Shown piece by piece: positions 50,342-62,040 of a stretch of 64,000 bases of DNA. Origin of the DNA: Nannocystis bainbridge (lineage in GTDB: Bacteria; Myxococcota_A; Polyangia; Nannocystales; Nannocystaceae). Where the stretch lies: the NCBI RefSeq assembly GCF_028368995.1, contig NZ_JAQNDL010000001.1, forward strand, positions 1,184,001-1,248,000, given 5' to 3'. Every line of letters begins with the position of its first letter. Position 1 is the stretch's first letter. Under the pieces are notes generated by a model. That model did no database searches. It was not told the DNA's origin and was given only the letters and a program-made list of their open reading frames with translations. The translations under genes and the position numbers were made by a program.

Positions 50342-51787
50342 ATGACACGTTCGTCGGGCCGCGAGCTGCCCGCGGCGACACGGTCGTGGAGCCGCAGCGA
50401 AGTCCTTACCGCGACGCGACGGCTCGGGTGGGCGGCCGCGGTGCTGCTGGTGATCGGATGCGCTCAATCCCGCTTCGACCGTGAGTGGGTCACGGGCGAG
50501 CTGGCGGACCGCGTGCCGGGCGTCGTCGTCGGCGCGCCGGAGGCGGGACAGGAGCCGACGCTGCCGGTTGGTGTCTCGCTGGCTGACGGCCTCGACGAAG
50601 GCGAGGCCGTCAGCGTCGCGCTGTGGAACAGCCCCTCGTTCCAGGCCGACCTCGCTCAGCTGGCGGTCGCCCGCGCCGACCTGGCCGACGCCGGGGCCCT
50701 GCCGAACCCGATGTTGACCATGCTGTTCCCGCTCGGGCCGCATCAACTGAGTGGGTACCTGCTGGTCCCGCTCGCAGCGCTGGCACAGCGCCCGGCCCGC
50801 GTCCGGGCTGCCCAGCGCGACGTGGAGCGCGTCGCCGACTCTCTAGTCCAGACCGGCCTCGATTTGATCCGGGACGTCCGGCTCGCCCACGCCGACGCCG
50901 CCGCCGCCGCCGAACGGGGCCGGGCCCGGGTGGAGCTGGTGGGCCTGTGGACGGAGAGCGAGAAGCTGGCCCAGGCGCGCGTCGACGCCGGGGACACCAG
51001 TCGGCTCGAGCGCGACGCGATCCGGGCCGAGGCCCTCCTGGCCGCCGACCTGGCCGCGCGCGCCGAGCACGACGCGGCGCTCGCCCGCCTGCGCTTGCGG
51101 CAGCTCCTCGGGGTGACGAGCGCGACGTTGCCCGACGACACCCCCGTGATCGCCGACGCTGGAGCGCTGCCGAAAGACCCAGACGGGCTCATGCGCGAGG
51201 CGCTGGCGGCCCGCCCCGACCTCCGCGCCGCCGAGCTGGCGGTCGAGGCGGCCGGCAAGCGCCTCGGGCTCGAGCGGGCGCGGATCTTCCAGGGCCTCCT
51301 GCGCGTCGACGGCCAGCTCGACGCGCAGGGCTTCCACCCGTCGCTCGGCTTTCACCAGATCGAGCTGCCGATCTTCAACTGGAACCAGGGCGGCCGCGCG
51401 CGGGCGAAGGCGGAGCTGCAGCGAGCGCTGTGGCGCTACGCCCAACTGCGGCAGCAGATCGTCGCCGAGGTCGCGACCGCGGAGCTCCAGGCCCGCCTGG
51501 CCCACGAGTCGCTGACGCGCTGGGACGAGCAAGTGCAGACGCTGACGCGTACGGTCGCCGCCGCGACCAGCAGTTTCCGCGCCGGGTCCGACTCCTACGT
51601 CGTCGTCCTCGACGCCAACCGCCGCCTGCAGGACGCGCGGATACGCGAGATCGACCTCCGCGCCGATCTGCGCCGCGCCCTCGCCCAGCTCGACCGCAGC
51701 GTCGGCCGCCGTCTGACCCCGCCCTCGACCTCCTCCTCCGCTCCCCAGGGAGCCCAAGGGACCGGCGATGCCGCGACCCGCCCATGA
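50342..51787 (+). CDS. TolC/CzcC-family outer-membrane efflux lipoprotein
   Basis: VIGC lipobox, ALAARPDLRAA, ELPIFNWNQG. Confidence 0.9.
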   Translation: MTRSSGRELPAATRSWSRSEVLTATRRLGWAAAVLLVIGCAQSRFDREWVTGELADRVPGVVVGAPEAGQEPTLPVGVSLADGLDEGEAVSVALWNSPSFQADLAQLAVARADLADAGALPNPMLTMLFPLGPHQLSGYLLVPLAALAQRPARVRAAQRDVERVADSLVQTGLDLIRDVRLAHADAAAAAERGRARVELVGLWTESEKLAQARVDAGDTSRLERDAIRAEALLAADLAARAEHDAALARLRLRQLLGVTSATLPDDTPVIADAGALPKDPDGLMREALAARPDLRAAELAVEAAGKRLGLERARIFQGLLRVDGQLDAQGFHPSLGFHQIELPIFNWNQGGRARAKAELQRALWRYAQLRQQIVAEVATAELQARLAHESLTRWDEQVQTLTRTVAAATSSFRAGSDSYVVVLDANRRLQDARIREIDLRADLRRALAQLDRSVGRRLTPPSTSSSAPQGAQGTGDAATRP

Positions 51788-52937
51788 ATCGATCGCAGCG
51801 CTCGCGGTCGCCTGCTGCGCCTGCGGGGCGCCGCAAGCCGCCCCGCCGGCCTGCCCGCTGCCCGTGCAGACCCGCGCCCACGGCGACGAGCAGTCGCTGG
51901 CCGCGGTGACGCTGACGCCCGAGGCCGAGGCCCGCCTCGGGATCACGCTCGCCGCGGCCGAGCTGCGCCCGATGCCGCCGGTCCGACGCCTGCCCGGCGA
52001 GGTCGTCGCCCGACCTGGCGGGACCGTGATGCTGACCGCGCCCGTCCCGGGCCTCCTGCTCGCACCCGGCGACTTGCCGCGGCCGGGCGAGATGGTCGCG
52101 CACGGCCAGGCGCTCGCGCGGCTGGTGCCGCTGGCGGCCGTCGACCGCGACCTGCGGGCTCAGGCGCAGAGCCGGGTGGCCGCGGCCGAGGCCCGACTGC
52201 TGGCGGGAAACAGCCGGGTCCAGCGCGCCGAGCGTTTGATCGAGAGCGGGGCGGGTAGCGAGCGCGCGGCCGAGGACGCGCGGGTCGAGCGGGACATCGC
52301 CGCCGCCGAGCTCACGGCGGCGAAAGCTCGCGTGCGGATGATCGACCGCACGCCGCTCTCCTCCGACGTCGCCACCACCCTGCGCGCGCCCATGGCGGCC
52401 GTGGTGCGCCAGGTCCTGGTCGCCGAGGAGCAGGCGGTCGCCGGCGGCGCGCCGCTGCTCGAGCTCGTCAGCAGCGAGCCGCCGTGGGTCCGCGTGCCGA
52501 CTGTCGCCGCCGAGCTCGGGGCCTTCGACGAGACGACTGCCGAGGTCACGCCGCTCGGCCGCCCCGCGACGCCCGTCGCGGCCCCGCGGGTCGTCGGCCC
52601 GCCGACCGCCGATCCGCTGGCCGGCACCGTCGATCTGTATTTCGCTCTCCCCGCCGCCGGCGAGTTCCGCCTCGGCGAGCGCGTCGGCGTCGACCTGGCG
52701 CTGCGGCGCGAGGCCGAGGCCCTGGTCGTCCCGCGCGCGGCGATCGTCCACGACCTGCACGGCGGCGCGTGGGTCTACGTGCCGGCCGGCGCGCACCGCT
52801 ACGATCGCCGGCGCGTCGAGCTGTCCCGAGTGACAGGTGACCTCGCGCTCGTGGCCCGCGGCCTCGCGGTCGGCGACGCGGTCGTGGTCACCGGGGCGGT
52901 CGAGCTGTACGGCAGCGAGTTCGGGGCGGGTCACTGA
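51768..52937 (+). CDS. RND periplasmic adaptor subunit
   Basis: LTAPVPG, helical hairpin, LVVPRAAIV...[12 protein letters not shown]. Confidence 0.9.
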   Translation: MPRPAHESIAALAVACCACGAPQAAPPACPLPVQTRAHGDEQSLAAVTLTPEAEARLGITLAAAELRPMPPVRRLPGEVVARPGGTVMLTAPVPGLLLAPGDLPRPGEMVAHGQALARLVPLAAVDRDLRAQAQSRVAAAEARLLAGNSRVQRAERLIESGAGSERAAEDARVERDIAAAELTAAKARVRMIDRTPLSSDVATTLRAPMAAVVRQVLVAEEQAVAGGAPLLELVSSEPPWVRVPTVAAELGAFDETTAEVTPLGRPATPVAAPRVVGPPTADPLAGTVDLYFALPAAGEFRLGERVGVDLALRREAEALVVPRAAIVHDLHGGAWVYVPAGAHRYDRRRVELSRVTGDLALVARGLAVGDAVVVTGAVELYGSEFGAGH

Positions 52938-52944
52938 GGTTGCG

Positions 52945-55900
52945 ATGCACTGGCTGATCCACGCCTGCCTGCGCCTGCGCCACGTCGTCGTCCTCGCCGC
53001 GGCCCTGCTGATCGTGCTCGGGATCCGCCTCGCCGGCGACACCCCGGTCGACGTGTTCCCCGAGTTCGCACCGCCGATGGTCGAGATCCAGACCGAGGCG
53101 CCGGGACTGTCGAGTCCCGAGGTCGAGCAGCTGGTGTCCGTCCCGCTCGAGACGGTGCTGAGCGGCACCCCGTGGCTGCGGACCATGCGCTCCAAGTCGG
53201 TGCTCGGTCTGTCCTCTGTGCTGCTGATCTTCGAGCGCAATACTGACCTGATGGCCGCGCGCCAGCTGGTGCAGGAGCGGCTGGCCCGCGCCGCGCCGCA
53301 GCTGCCGGTGGTCGCCCGCCCGCCGGTGTTGATGCCGCCGCTGTCCTCGACCAGCCGGCTGCTCAAGATCGGCGTGTCCTCGCCGACGCGGTCGCAGATG
53401 GAGCTGACCGACATCGTCCGCTGGACCCTGCGCCCGCGGCTGATGGCCGTGCCCGGCGTCGCCAACGTGGCCGTGTGGGGCCAGCGCGACCGCCAGCTGC
53501 AGGTCCAGGTCGACCCCGAACGCCTTCGGCTGCACGGCGTCCGCCTCGACGAGGTCGTGCGCGCCGCCGGCGAGGCCACCCAGCTCAGCGCCGGCGGATT
53601 CGTCGACACGCCCAATCAGCGCTTGCCCGTCGCCCACGCCCCCGGGGCCGCCGACGCCAGGGCGCTCGGCGAGGTCGTCGTTGCCGTCCGCGGCGGGACC
53701 GTCCTGCGCCTGGCCGACGTCGCCGACGTCGTCGAGGACCACCCGCCGCCGATCGGCGACGCCGTCGTCGACGGCGGCCCCGGCCTGCTGCTCATCGTCG
53801 AGAAGCAGCCGTGGGGCAACACCCTCGCGGTCACCCGCGAGGTCGAGGCGGCCCTCGCCGCCATCGCCCCGGCCCTGCCCGCCGTCGTCCTCGACCCGAC
53901 CATCTTCCGCCCCGCCACCTTCATCGAGCTGGCGATCGACAACCTCGGCCACGCCCTCGTGCTCGGCTGCGGCCTGGTCGTGCTGATCCTCGGCTGCTTC
54001 CTCTTCAATCTACGCACCGCCGCGATCAGCATCCTCGCCATCCCGACCTCGCTGCTGGCCGCCGTCGCCGTCCTCCACGCCTGGGGCGCGATGATCGACA
54101 CCATGATCCTGGCCGGCCTCGTGATCGCCCTCGGCGAGGTCGTCGACGACGCCATCATCGACGTCGAGAACATCCTCCGCCGCCTGGCCGAGAACCGCCG
54201 GCGAGCCACGCCGCTCTCGAGCTTCCAGGTGGTCCTCGCGGCCTCGCTCGAGGTCCGCAGCGCGGTCGTCTACGCGACCGCGATCGTGATCCTCGTGTTC
54301 CTTCCGATCGTCTTCCTCGACGGCGTCGCCGGGGCGTTCTTCCGTCCGCTCGCCCTCGCGTACGTGCTGGCCGTGTTCGCGTCGATGCTCGTGGCAGTCA
54401 CGTTGACCCCGGCGCTGTGCCTGTTGCTGCTCCCGCGCAGCCACGGCCGCGAGAGCCCGATCGCCCGCGGCCTGCGGCACGCCTACCAGCCATTGCTCAC
54501 CCCGCTGCTGGGCCGTCCGCGCCTCGCCGTGGCCGTCGCCGTGACCCTGTTCGCCGGCACCGCAGCGTCCGTGCCGTTGCTCGGCGAAGGCTTCTTGCCC
54601 GAGTTCAAGGAGCACGATTTCCTGATGCACTGGGTCGCCAAGCCCGGAACCTCACTGGAGGCGGTGGCGCGCACTGCGGTGCGCGCGAGCGACGAGCTGC
54701 GGGCGATCCCCGGCGTGCGCAACTTCGGCGCCCACATCGGCCGCGCCGAAGCGGCCGACGAGGTCGTCGGCCCCAACTTCGCCGAGCTGTGGATCAGCCT
54801 CGATCCCGCCGCCGACTACGGCTCCGCGCTCTCGCGGATCAAGGCTGTCATCGACGGCTACCCCGGCATCTACCGCGACGTCCAGACCTACCTGCGCGAG
54901 AAGATGAAGGAGGTCCTGAGCGGCTCGGGCGGCGCCATCGTCGTGCGCCTGTTTGGCCCCGAGCTGGGCGAGCTGCGCAGCCAGGCCGCCGAGGTCGCGC
55001 GCGCCCTCGCCGACGTCGACGGGATCACCAACCTCAAGGTCGAGCCCCAGGTCGAGGTCCCGCAGATCGAGGTCCGATTCAAGCCGGAGGCCGCGCGCCC
55101 GTTCGGCCTCAACCCCGGGGAGGTCCGCCGCACAGCGACCACCCTGATCCGCGGCACCAAGGTCGGCGAGGTCTATCGTGGCGGGCAGACCATCGACGTC
55201 GTCGTCGTCGGCGCGGCCCGCCTGCGCGACGACCTCGCCGCCGTGCAGTCGCTGCGGATCGCCGCGCCCCTGGGTGGCGAGGTCGCGCTCGCCGAAGTCG
55301 CCGACGTGTCGATCGTCCCGACCCCCAATGTCGTGCTGCGCGAGAGCGGCGCGCGCAAGCTCGACATCACCTGCGACGTCACCGGCCGTGACCTCGGCCA
55401 GGTCGCTCGCGAGGTCGAGTCGAGGGTGCTCGCCCTCGCGCGCCCCGCCGGTTACCACCCCGAGTTCATCGGCGAGTACGCCGCCCGCCAGGCTGCCCGC
55501 GACCGCCTGCTCGCGCTGTCGCTGCTCGCCGTGCTCGGCATCGGCGTGGTCCTGTTCGTCGACTTCCGCGCCCTGCGACCGACCCTGCTGGTGTTCACCA
55601 CCCTGCCGTTCGCGCTCGTCGGCGGCGTCGCCGGCGTGTGGTGGATTGGCGGCGTGCTGTCGCTCGGCTCTCTGGTCGGCCTCGTCACTGTCCTAGGGAT
55701 CGCCGCACGCAACGGCATCATGCTCATCAGTCACTTCCGTCACCTCGAGCTCGAGGAAGGCGAGCCGTTCGGCCCGACGCTGGTCCTGCGCGGCGCCGCC
55801 GAGCGCGTCACGCCGATCGTGATGACCGCGCTCGCCACCGGCCTGGCCCTCGTCCCGCTGGCCCTCGGCGGCGACCGCCCGGGTCAGGAGATCGAGCACC

Positions 55901-56007
55901 CGATGGCAGTGGTGATTCTCGGCGGTCTGGTGACCTCGACGGCCCTCAACCTGTTCGTCGTGCCGGTCCTGTATCTGCGCTTCGGCGCGACTCGACGGCT
56001 TCGGTGA
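52945..56007 (+). CDS. CzcA/CusA-type heavy-metal efflux RND permease
   Basis: [58 protein letters not shown]. Confidence 0.93.
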   Translation: MHWLIHACLRLRHVVVLAAALLIVLGIRLAGDTPVDVFPEFAPPMVEIQTEAPGLSSPEVEQLVSVPLETVLSGTPWLRTMRSKSVLGLSSVLLIFERNTDLMAARQLVQERLARAAPQLPVVARPPVLMPPLSSTSRLLKIGVSSPTRSQMELTDIVRWTLRPRLMAVPGVANVAVWGQRDRQLQVQVDPERLRLHGVRLDEVVRAAGEATQLSAGGFVDTPNQRLPVAHAPGAADARALGEVVVAVRGGTVLRLADVADVVEDHPPPIGDAVVDGGPGLLLIVEKQPWGNTLAVTREVEAALAAIAPALPAVVLDPTIFRPATFIELAIDNLGHALVLGCGLVVLILGCFLFNLRTAAISILAIPTSLLAAVAVLHAWGAMIDTMILAGLVIALGEVVDDAIIDVENILRRLAENRRRATPLSSFQVVLAASLEVRSAVVYATAIVILVFLPIVFLDGVAGAFFRPLALAYVLAVFASMLVAVTLTPALCLLLLPRSHGRESPIARGLRHAYQPLLTPLLGRPRLAVAVAVTLFAGTAASVPLLGEGFLPEFKEHDFLMHWVAKPGTSLEAVARTAVRASDELRAIPGVRNFGAHIGRAEAADEVVGPNFAELWISLDPAADYGSALSRIKAVIDGYPGIYRDVQTYLREKMKEVLSGSGGAIVVRLFGPELGELRSQAAEVARALADVDGITNLKVEPQVEVPQIEVRFKPEAARPFGLNPGEVRRTATTLIRGTKVGEVYRGGQTIDVVVVGAARLRDDLAAVQSLRIAAPLGGEVALAEVADVSIVPTPNVVLRESGARKLDITCDVTGRDLGQVAREVESRVLALARPAGYHPEFIGEYAARQAARDRLLALSLLAVLGIGVVLFVDFRALRPTLLVFTTLPFALVGGVAGVWWIGGVLSLGSLVGLVTVLGIAARNGIMLISHFRHLELEEGEPFGPTLVLRGAAERVTPIVMTALATGLALVPLALGGDRPGQEIEHPMAVVILGGLVTSTALNLFVVPVLYLRFGATRRLR

Positions 56008-57124
56008 TCGCGGCCCCATCCGGCCATCCGCGTGACCCGGTCCGGGGGAGGCGGACGACGAACGCCGCCCCGCCGCGAGCGGCGCGCTCGACATGGATCT
56101 CGCCACCATGGCCCTCGATGACCCGCCGGACGATCGCCAGCCCCAGCCCGAGCCCTGCGCGGGCGTCGACACGGTCGGCGACGGGCGACGCTCCGCGCAC
56201 GAACGGCTGGAAGATTCGCTCGCGCTCGTGGGCCGGCACCCCGGGCCCCTCATCGCTGACGACGATGTCGATCGCGGCGGTCGTGACCCGGCTTTCGAGG
56301 CAGACCGTGCTGCCGCGCGGAGTATGTGCAATCGCGTTGGCGACGATGTTCCCCAGGGCGCCTTCCATCAATCCGCGCTCGACCGTCAATTCGTCGAGCC
56401 CCACACGACAGACCTGGATCGCCACTCCCGCAGCCCTCGCCGCAGGCAGCCAGCGCTCGGCGACCGCATGAGCGAGGCTGGCAACGCTCGCAGGCTCGCG
56501 GCGGATGATGATGCCGGCGCGCGCCAGTATCAGCAACGATTCGACCAGCCTGGACATATGGCGGACCTCTCGCAGCGCGCGATTCGCCGCCACTTCCCAC
56601 TCCTCGCGCGTGCGAGGCCTGCGCAGGGCGACCTCGAGCGTGCTCGACAGCACGGCGAGTGGCGAACGCAGCTCGTGCGAAGCGTCGGCCGCGAATTGGC
56701 GCTGCAGGGCGGTGCCCCGCTCGAGCCGGGTGAACAGGCCGTTGAGCGCCTCGCTAAGGGCGTCGAGCTCGTCTCCGGTCGACGACACGGGCAGTCGCTC
56801 GCCGAGGTGCTCCGCCGACATACGGGCCGCCGCGCGGACGACCGTGTCCACGCGCTTAACGGCCCGGCGCGCGTGCCAGTGGGCGCCGAAGACGGCGAGC
56901 AGGAGCCCGAGCGGGGCCGCCGCGGCCAGCGCCAGCCCGACCTGCTCGAACGCCTCGGCCAGCGAGTCCTCCTCGACGAATCCCCCCGCCTGCCCCTCCT
57001 CCTCTTCGTCGAGATAGACGATGAGGCCGGCCGTCCCCGCGAAGACCACCAGACTGAGCGCGGTCGAGGCGCCGATCCACATGGCTAGCGCCGCGCCGAA
57101 CGACCGCGTGCCGCGCTGCCTCAA
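55946..57124 (-). CDS. Sensor histidine kinase (heavy-metal sensor-like)
   Basis: TTG start overlapping the regulator stop; [35 protein letters not shown]. Confidence 0.9.
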   Translation of the reverse strand: MRQRGTRSFGAALAMWIGASTALSLVVFAGTAGLIVYLDEEEEGQAGGFVEEDSLAEAFEQVGLALAAAAPLGLLLAVFGAHWHARRAVKRVDTVVRAAARMSAEHLGERLPVSSTGDELDALSEALNGLFTRLERGTALQRQFAADASHELRSPLAVLSSTLEVALRRPRTREEWEVAANRALREVRHMSRLVESLLILARAGIIIRREPASVASLAHAVAERWLPAARAAGVAIQVCRVGLDELTVERGLMEGALGNIVANAIAHTPRGSTVCLESRVTTAAIDIVVSDEGPGVPAHERERIFQPFVRGASPVADRVDARAGLGLGLAIVRRVIEGHGGEIHVERAARGGAAFVVRLPRTGSRGWPDGAAITEAVESRRSADTGPARRTG

Positions 57125-57789
57125 TTGGCACCTACCTTGCAGCGCAACCCGGCGCCGCGCACCGTCTCGATTCGGACCGCCTTGCCGACGAGCTTGCGCC
57201 GCAGGTGCGTGAGGTGGACATCGATCGTATTCGTGCCCGGGTCGACGGCGCAGCCGAACACGTCGCGGAGGATGTCGCTGCGCGGTACGACCTCGCCGCG
57301 GCGGCGCAGCAGATACGACAGGAGGGCGTACTCTCGCGGCGAGAGCGCGACGTCCTGGCCCGCGCAGCGGACCACGTGGCCGTCGTCGAGGACCACCTCC
57401 TCGTCGCTCTGCGGCCACCAGCGCGGCTGACTCGCCCGCCGGCTCAGGGCGCGGATCCTGGCGACCAACTCGCCGAACGCAAACGGCTTGACGAGGTAAT
57501 CATCAGCGCCCAGCTCGAATGCCCGCACCCGCGCCTCGAGGGCGTCACGCGCGGTCAAGACCAGCACCGGCACGGGTCGATGCAGTCGTCGCAATTCCTG
57601 CAAAACATCGAGTCCGTCGCCGTCGGGCAAGCCGAGGTCGAGGACGATGACGTCCAGATCGGCGCCGCGGGCGCGACATAACGCGACGGCCGCCTCCGCC
57701 ACGTGGACCACGTCCATCCCTTCCTCTTGGAGACCCTGCTGAATGACCTCGAACAATGTTGCATTGTCCTCGACGAGCAGAATTCTCAT
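57121..57789 (-). CDS. OmpR-family response regulator
   Basis: ILLVEDN, LDLGLPDGDG, GADDYLVKPF, IETVRGAG. Confidence 0.95.
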   Translation of the reverse strand: MRILLVEDNATLFEVIQQGLQEEGMDVVHVAEAAVALCRARGADLDVIVLDLGLPDGDGLDVLQELRRLHRPVPVLVLTARDALEARVRAFELGADDYLVKPFAFGELVARIRALSRRASQPRWWPQSDEEVVLDDGHVVRCAGQDVALSPREYALLSYLLRRRGEVVPRSDILRDVFGCAVDPGTNTIDVHLTHLRRKLVGKAVRIETVRGAGLRCKVGAN

Positions 57790-58023
57790 GGGCACTCCTT
57801 GCAATCTCTGCACAGCGCGCAGCGCTCGCGCCGCCCCGCATGGGCTGCCGGGCGGAGCGGACGGGCGCAGGATGCGTCACGCGCTCGCTTATGCCAGTTT
57901 TCCCGGCCCGGGACCATCGGCCCGAACATTAAGATCTCCTGAATCGTTAAATCTTCGTGTAGCAAGCGAATCGTCGATTGAACCGAGGGTGAATGCGATA
58001 AAGTGAGAGTAGGAGTGAATCAC

Positions 58024-58503
58024 ATGACGAAGATTTGGAACTACCATTCCCTGTCCCTCCTTGTCGTCGCCGTCGGCCTCTCGGCCTGCGATCCCGCCGA
58101 AGCCACGAATGCGGCGTCCGTCCGCACCGATTCTTGTGCCACGAATGACGAGGCCGGGCCGGACGGCGAGACGGCCGACGACCTTTGCAGCCTCTCGCAA
58201 GCGGCCGGCCCCGCCGCCCAGGACGACGAGGCCGAAGGCCAGGAGGAGGAGGACGAGGGCGGCGAGAACGAGAGCGAAGAGGACGAGGACGGCGAGGACG
58301 AAGACGAGGGCGAAGAGGGGGAGGAGGACGAGGGCGAAGAGGAGGACGAGGGCGAAGAGGAGGACGAGGGCGAAGAGGAGGACGAGGGCGAAGAGGAGGA
58401 CGAGGGCGAAGAGGAGGACGAGGGCGAAGAGGAGGACGAGGGCGAAGAGGAGGACGAGGGCGAAGAGGAGGACGAGGACGAGGACGAGCCCCGACCGGCC
58501 TGA
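58024..58503 (+). CDS. Poly-acidic lipoprotein
   Basis: AGGAG RBS, LSAC lipobox, C-terminal half almost entirely E/D/G. Confidence 0.75.
   Translation: MTKIWNYHSLSLLVVAVGLSACDPAEATNAASVRTDSCATNDEAGPDGETADDLCSLSQAAGPAAQDDEAEGQEEEDEGGENESEEDEDGEDEDEGEEGEEDEGEEEDEGEEEDEGEEEDEGEEEDEGEEEDEGEEEDEGEEEDEGEEEDEDEDEPRPA
58321..58476 (+). repeat. 18-bp tandem repeat, 8 perfect copies plus a partial (EEDEGE)
   Basis: GAGGAGGACGAGGGCGAA x8 from 58321 to 58464. Confidence 0.95.
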
Positions 58504-58856
58504 GCAGTTTCGCTGTCCGCATGTACCCGCGCTGCACCGTCGCGCGTGGACCAACAGTAGACGGCCGTCCGGCGAAAGCCGGCTGGCCGTCTATTTCGGG
58601 CTCTCCTAATACACTCATGGGTGGTGCATCGGCCCTCAACTGACCCAGGGCGCCATGAAAAGTCTGTGAAGCGGGATACATCTCAGCGAAGTTCTTGCGC
58701 ACGTCCCCGCGGTGCCCGAATCTGTGGTGTTACGCGGCGATTGGATGTAGTACGAGCGCATGCGCGTATCCGCTCTTCTTCGCAGGACGTCGCGGACGGC
58801 CTCCGCACGGTGCCGGGCTCGCCGGTGTAGAAGCCGGCGACGACGCCGGCGGGCAG

Positions 58857-59205
58857 TGTTGACGCCGGTCACGATCCGCGTGAATTCGCCGACGAAATTC
58901 GCCGGGGAGATGCGCGAGCGCGTAGGCGGCCTCCAGCGTGCCGAAGTGCTCGGAGGGTCAAGGGTGCGCTCCCTTCGGTCGCCGGCCTACGGCCGCCCTT
59001 GACCCCTCCTGCGCGCTTCGGCAAGTGGCCCCCATGGCCTATCCTCGCATCCAGGTGTCCGTACACTGAACACCTGTAACCATGATGCGTCACTCAACGG
59101 TAGCAATCGGGTCTTCTTGCCTCGAATTCGGCCTTCGACGGCCGTTTCGGTCAGTCGACGCCTCCTTCGTCGGCGAATTCACGCTGATTCTGGCCGGCGC
59201 TAACA
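58857..59205. mobile_element. IS21-family-derived MITE (349 bp) with 5-bp target duplication
   Basis: TG...CA ends; ~40-bp imperfect terminal IRs with perfect core GCGTGAATTCGCCGACGAA; flanked by GGCAG at 58852-58856 and 59206-59210. Confidence 0.85.
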
Positions 59206-59363
59206 GGCAGGGCGGCTTCGGCGATGTTGCGGACGGGGCGACCAGGAAGTAGTCGATCCGCGCCGCCACAGCACTGAGTCGCCGGGAACTCCGCCAGCGA
59301 GACAGAGCGCGAGGTCTCGGACAGCTCCGTCGAACCCGCACACTGCGGCCAACGCGTTTCGGG

Positions 59364-61313
59364 TCACAGCGCGATCTGTGCCCCGAGCTCGACCACCCGG
59401 TTCGGCGGGATGCAGAACATGTCCGTGGCGGGAGGGACGTTGCGTGACAGCACCTCGAACAGGACCTTGCGCCACCTCGCCATGGGCCCTGAACCGGTCG
59501 GCAGGACGCGCTCGCGCCCGACGAAGTAGCTGACGTCGTCGGGGTCGAGGGCGACCCGCCCGGCGGCATGGAGTTCGGCCAGGACCGCCGGTACGTCGGG
59601 GGTCTGCTTGTAGCCGAAACGCAGCGTCACGTGCCAGAATCCGAACCCGAGCGACGTAATGGTGGCAGCGTCGACCGCTTCGACCCGCGGGACATGCTCG
59701 AGTTCGACCGCGAGCGCGATCACCGTCTTCGGGAGAACCTTGCTGTGCTTGAAATGGTGGAGCAGCGAGAGCGGCGTCGTGTGCGGCTCGGGTGTCATGA
59801 ACACACCTGTGCCAGGCACGCGCGTGACGGTGTGATCGGCGGCCGACGCGGCGATCGCCTCGAGGTTGGTGAGGCTGCGACGCAGCGCGATCATCAGCAG
59901 GTCGCGGCCCTGCTTCCAGGTGATCATCACGACGAACAGGACGGCGCCGACCGCCAGCGGGATCCAGCCGCCATCGTCCAGCTTGGTCAGCGAGGCGATG
60001 AAGAAGTGGAGCTCGACCACGAAGAACGCCCCGATCACGAGTCCAGCCGTGGCCCGGGGCCAGTTGCGGATCCTGGTGGCGACCACATAGAAGGCCATCG
60101 ATGTGCTGAGCATGGTGCCGGTCACTGCGACGCCATAGGCCGAGGCCAGCCGGCTCGACTCGCGCATGCCGATGACGAGCACAATGCAGGCGATCGCTAG
60201 CGTCCAGTTCACCCCCGACATATAGATCTGCCCCTCTCGTGACTCCGATGTGTGGACCACTCGAGTGCGCGGAAAGAAGCCCAGCTGCATGGCTTGGCGC
60301 GTCATCGAGAAGCAGCCCGTGATCATCGCCTGCGACGCGATCACGGTCGCCGCCATTGCCAGGAGCACCAGGGCGATGGTCGCAGGACCTGCCGGCACCA
60401 TGTCCCAGAAAGTGTGCGTGACGCCGCCGGGGCGCGAGAGCACGACCGCGGCTTGCCCGAAGTAGTTCAGAAGCAAGGCGGGCATCACCAAACCATACCA
60501 GGCTCGCTGAATCGGCGGGCGACCGAAGTGGCCCAGGTCCGCGTAGAGCGCCTCGGCGCCGGTGAAGCACAGGACCACGGCGCCGAGCACCGGCAGCACG
60601 TGGGTGCCACCGTGTATCAGAAACGCGATCGCGTGGTGCGGCGACACGGCGCGCAACACCGCCGGATGTGCCGCGAGGTGGACGAGTCCGAGCGCGGCGA
60701 TCACTGTGAACCACACCAGCATGACAGGGCCGAACGCCCGGCCGATGCGGGCGGTGCCATGGCGCTGGAACGCGAACAGCAGCAGCAGGACGGCACAGGT
60801 CGCCGGGACGATCGCCTGGTGTGCATAGCGCTGATAGTCGGGATCGGCGGACACCATCCGCAGGCCCTCGATCGCGCTCAACACCGAAATGGCAGGAGTG
60901 ATGATGCCGTCGCCGTACAACAGGCCGGTGCCGAAGATCACCAGGAGCGTGCTGGCGCTCAACCGAACCCGCCGGCCGGGCGCGCCTCCGGTCAAGAGCG
61001 CCAGCAGGGCGAGGATGCCGCCCTCGCCGCGGTTGTCGGCCCGGCTGACCACCCCTACGTACTTGATCGCTACGATGATCGTCAGCGACCAGACGAACAG
61101 GGACAATACGCCGAGCACTGCCTCGTGCCTCCCGCCGTCGGCGTGCCGGATCGACTCCTGGAAGGCGTAGATCGGGCTGGTGCCGATGTCGCCGTAGACC
61201 ACCCCGAGCGCTGCGAGCAGCAGCCCCCGAGCAGGTGCGCCCTCGGTCGCGCCGTGATCGAAGAGTTCGCCCTCGCTGATGCCGGGGTCAACAGAAGTCG
61301 TGGCGGCGCTCAC
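59364..61313 (-). CDS. kup: KUP/HAK/KT potassium transporter
   Basis: LGVVYGDIGTSPIY, ADNRGEGG, TPAISVLSAIEG, TGAEALYADLGHF, GQIY, RVVELG. Confidence 0.97.
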   Translation of the reverse strand: MSAATTSVDPGISEGELFDHGATEGAPARGLLLAALGVVYGDIGTSPIYAFQESIRHADGGRHEAVLGVLSLFVWSLTIIVAIKYVGVVSRADNRGEGGILALLALLTGGAPGRRVRLSASTLLVIFGTGLLYGDGIITPAISVLSAIEGLRMVSADPDYQRYAHQAIVPATCAVLLLLFAFQRHGTARIGRAFGPVMLVWFTVIAALGLVHLAAHPAVLRAVSPHHAIAFLIHGGTHVLPVLGAVVLCFTGAEALYADLGHFGRPPIQRAWYGLVMPALLLNYFGQAAVVLSRPGGVTHTFWDMVPAGPATIALVLLAMAATVIASQAMITGCFSMTRQAMQLGFFPRTRVVHTSESREGQIYMSGVNWTLAIACIVLVIGMRESSRLASAYGVAVTGTMLSTSMAFYVVATRIRNWPRATAGLVIGAFFVVELHFFIASLTKLDDGGWIPLAVGAVLFVVMITWKQGRDLLMIALRRSLTNLEAIAASAADHTVTRVPGTGVFMTPEPHTTPLSLLHHFKHSKVLPKTVIALAVELEHVPRVEAVDAATITSLGFGFWHVTLRFGYKQTPDVPAVLAELHAAGRVALDPDDVSYFVGRERVLPTGSGPMARWRKVLFEVLSRNVPPATDMFCIPPNRVVELGAQIAL

Positions 61314-62040
61314 CTCTGACGGGTGCTAACCGCCCCGGCGCGCGCTGACAAGGGATCGCGCGCGGGGGCACTTCGCGGACACGAGCGGGGCGCCGACGCG
61401 CCCGGCGCCTCGCTCGGCGAGCGTACCGCCGCGCGTCCTTCCGGCTCGCACGCGGCGGAGCTCGAGCCACGACGAATCGACGAACCGGACGGACGCGGCC
61501 TGGCCTCCTGCGGTCCGTAGCGGTCGCGCCCGCCGCTGGCCGACGGAGCAGGGCCTCGACAGCATGGGCAGTATCGCCCCCCACTTCGGGGCCACGGAGG
61601 CGGTCGTCGGCGGCTGGTTCACCGTGGCCGCCTGAATCAATGAGGTCACATGCCTAAGGGCGGTGCGAGCGCAGGAGTCCATCGTATGACAAGACATTCC
61701 AGGCATTCGTCAACCGCATCCGTGCAGGCGATCCTCAACGAGCTCGAGAACCTGCTCGCCCAACTGGAGACCCGCGTCGTCGCCCCCCTGATCCAGCGCC
61801 ACCGGAGCGCCGCACCGACGATCGGCGGGGCAAGCTCGCGGAGCTCGCGGCGCGGGTCGCCGAAGTCGGTGGCGATGCCCAAGCGGAGGAGTTCCTCCTC
61901 GTCGGCGACGATGCGCGCAGGGTGTTGTGCGAGCACGGACCGGGGCGCCCGGCCGCGGGGCACCGCGAGCAGGCCACGGCCGACGCGGCGCTGCAGACCT
62001 TCGACGGCGTCACGCAAGGCTCCTCGCCGGCGTGGCAGCG

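Noticed and set aside
58321-58476. Regular repeat as a CRISPR array
   Set aside because: No spacers; in-frame 18-bp coding VNTR; no cas genes in the window.
61650-62040. Possible gene downstream of the YciI gene
   Set aside because: Only frameshifted, unassignable fragments; no sigma-factor motifs.
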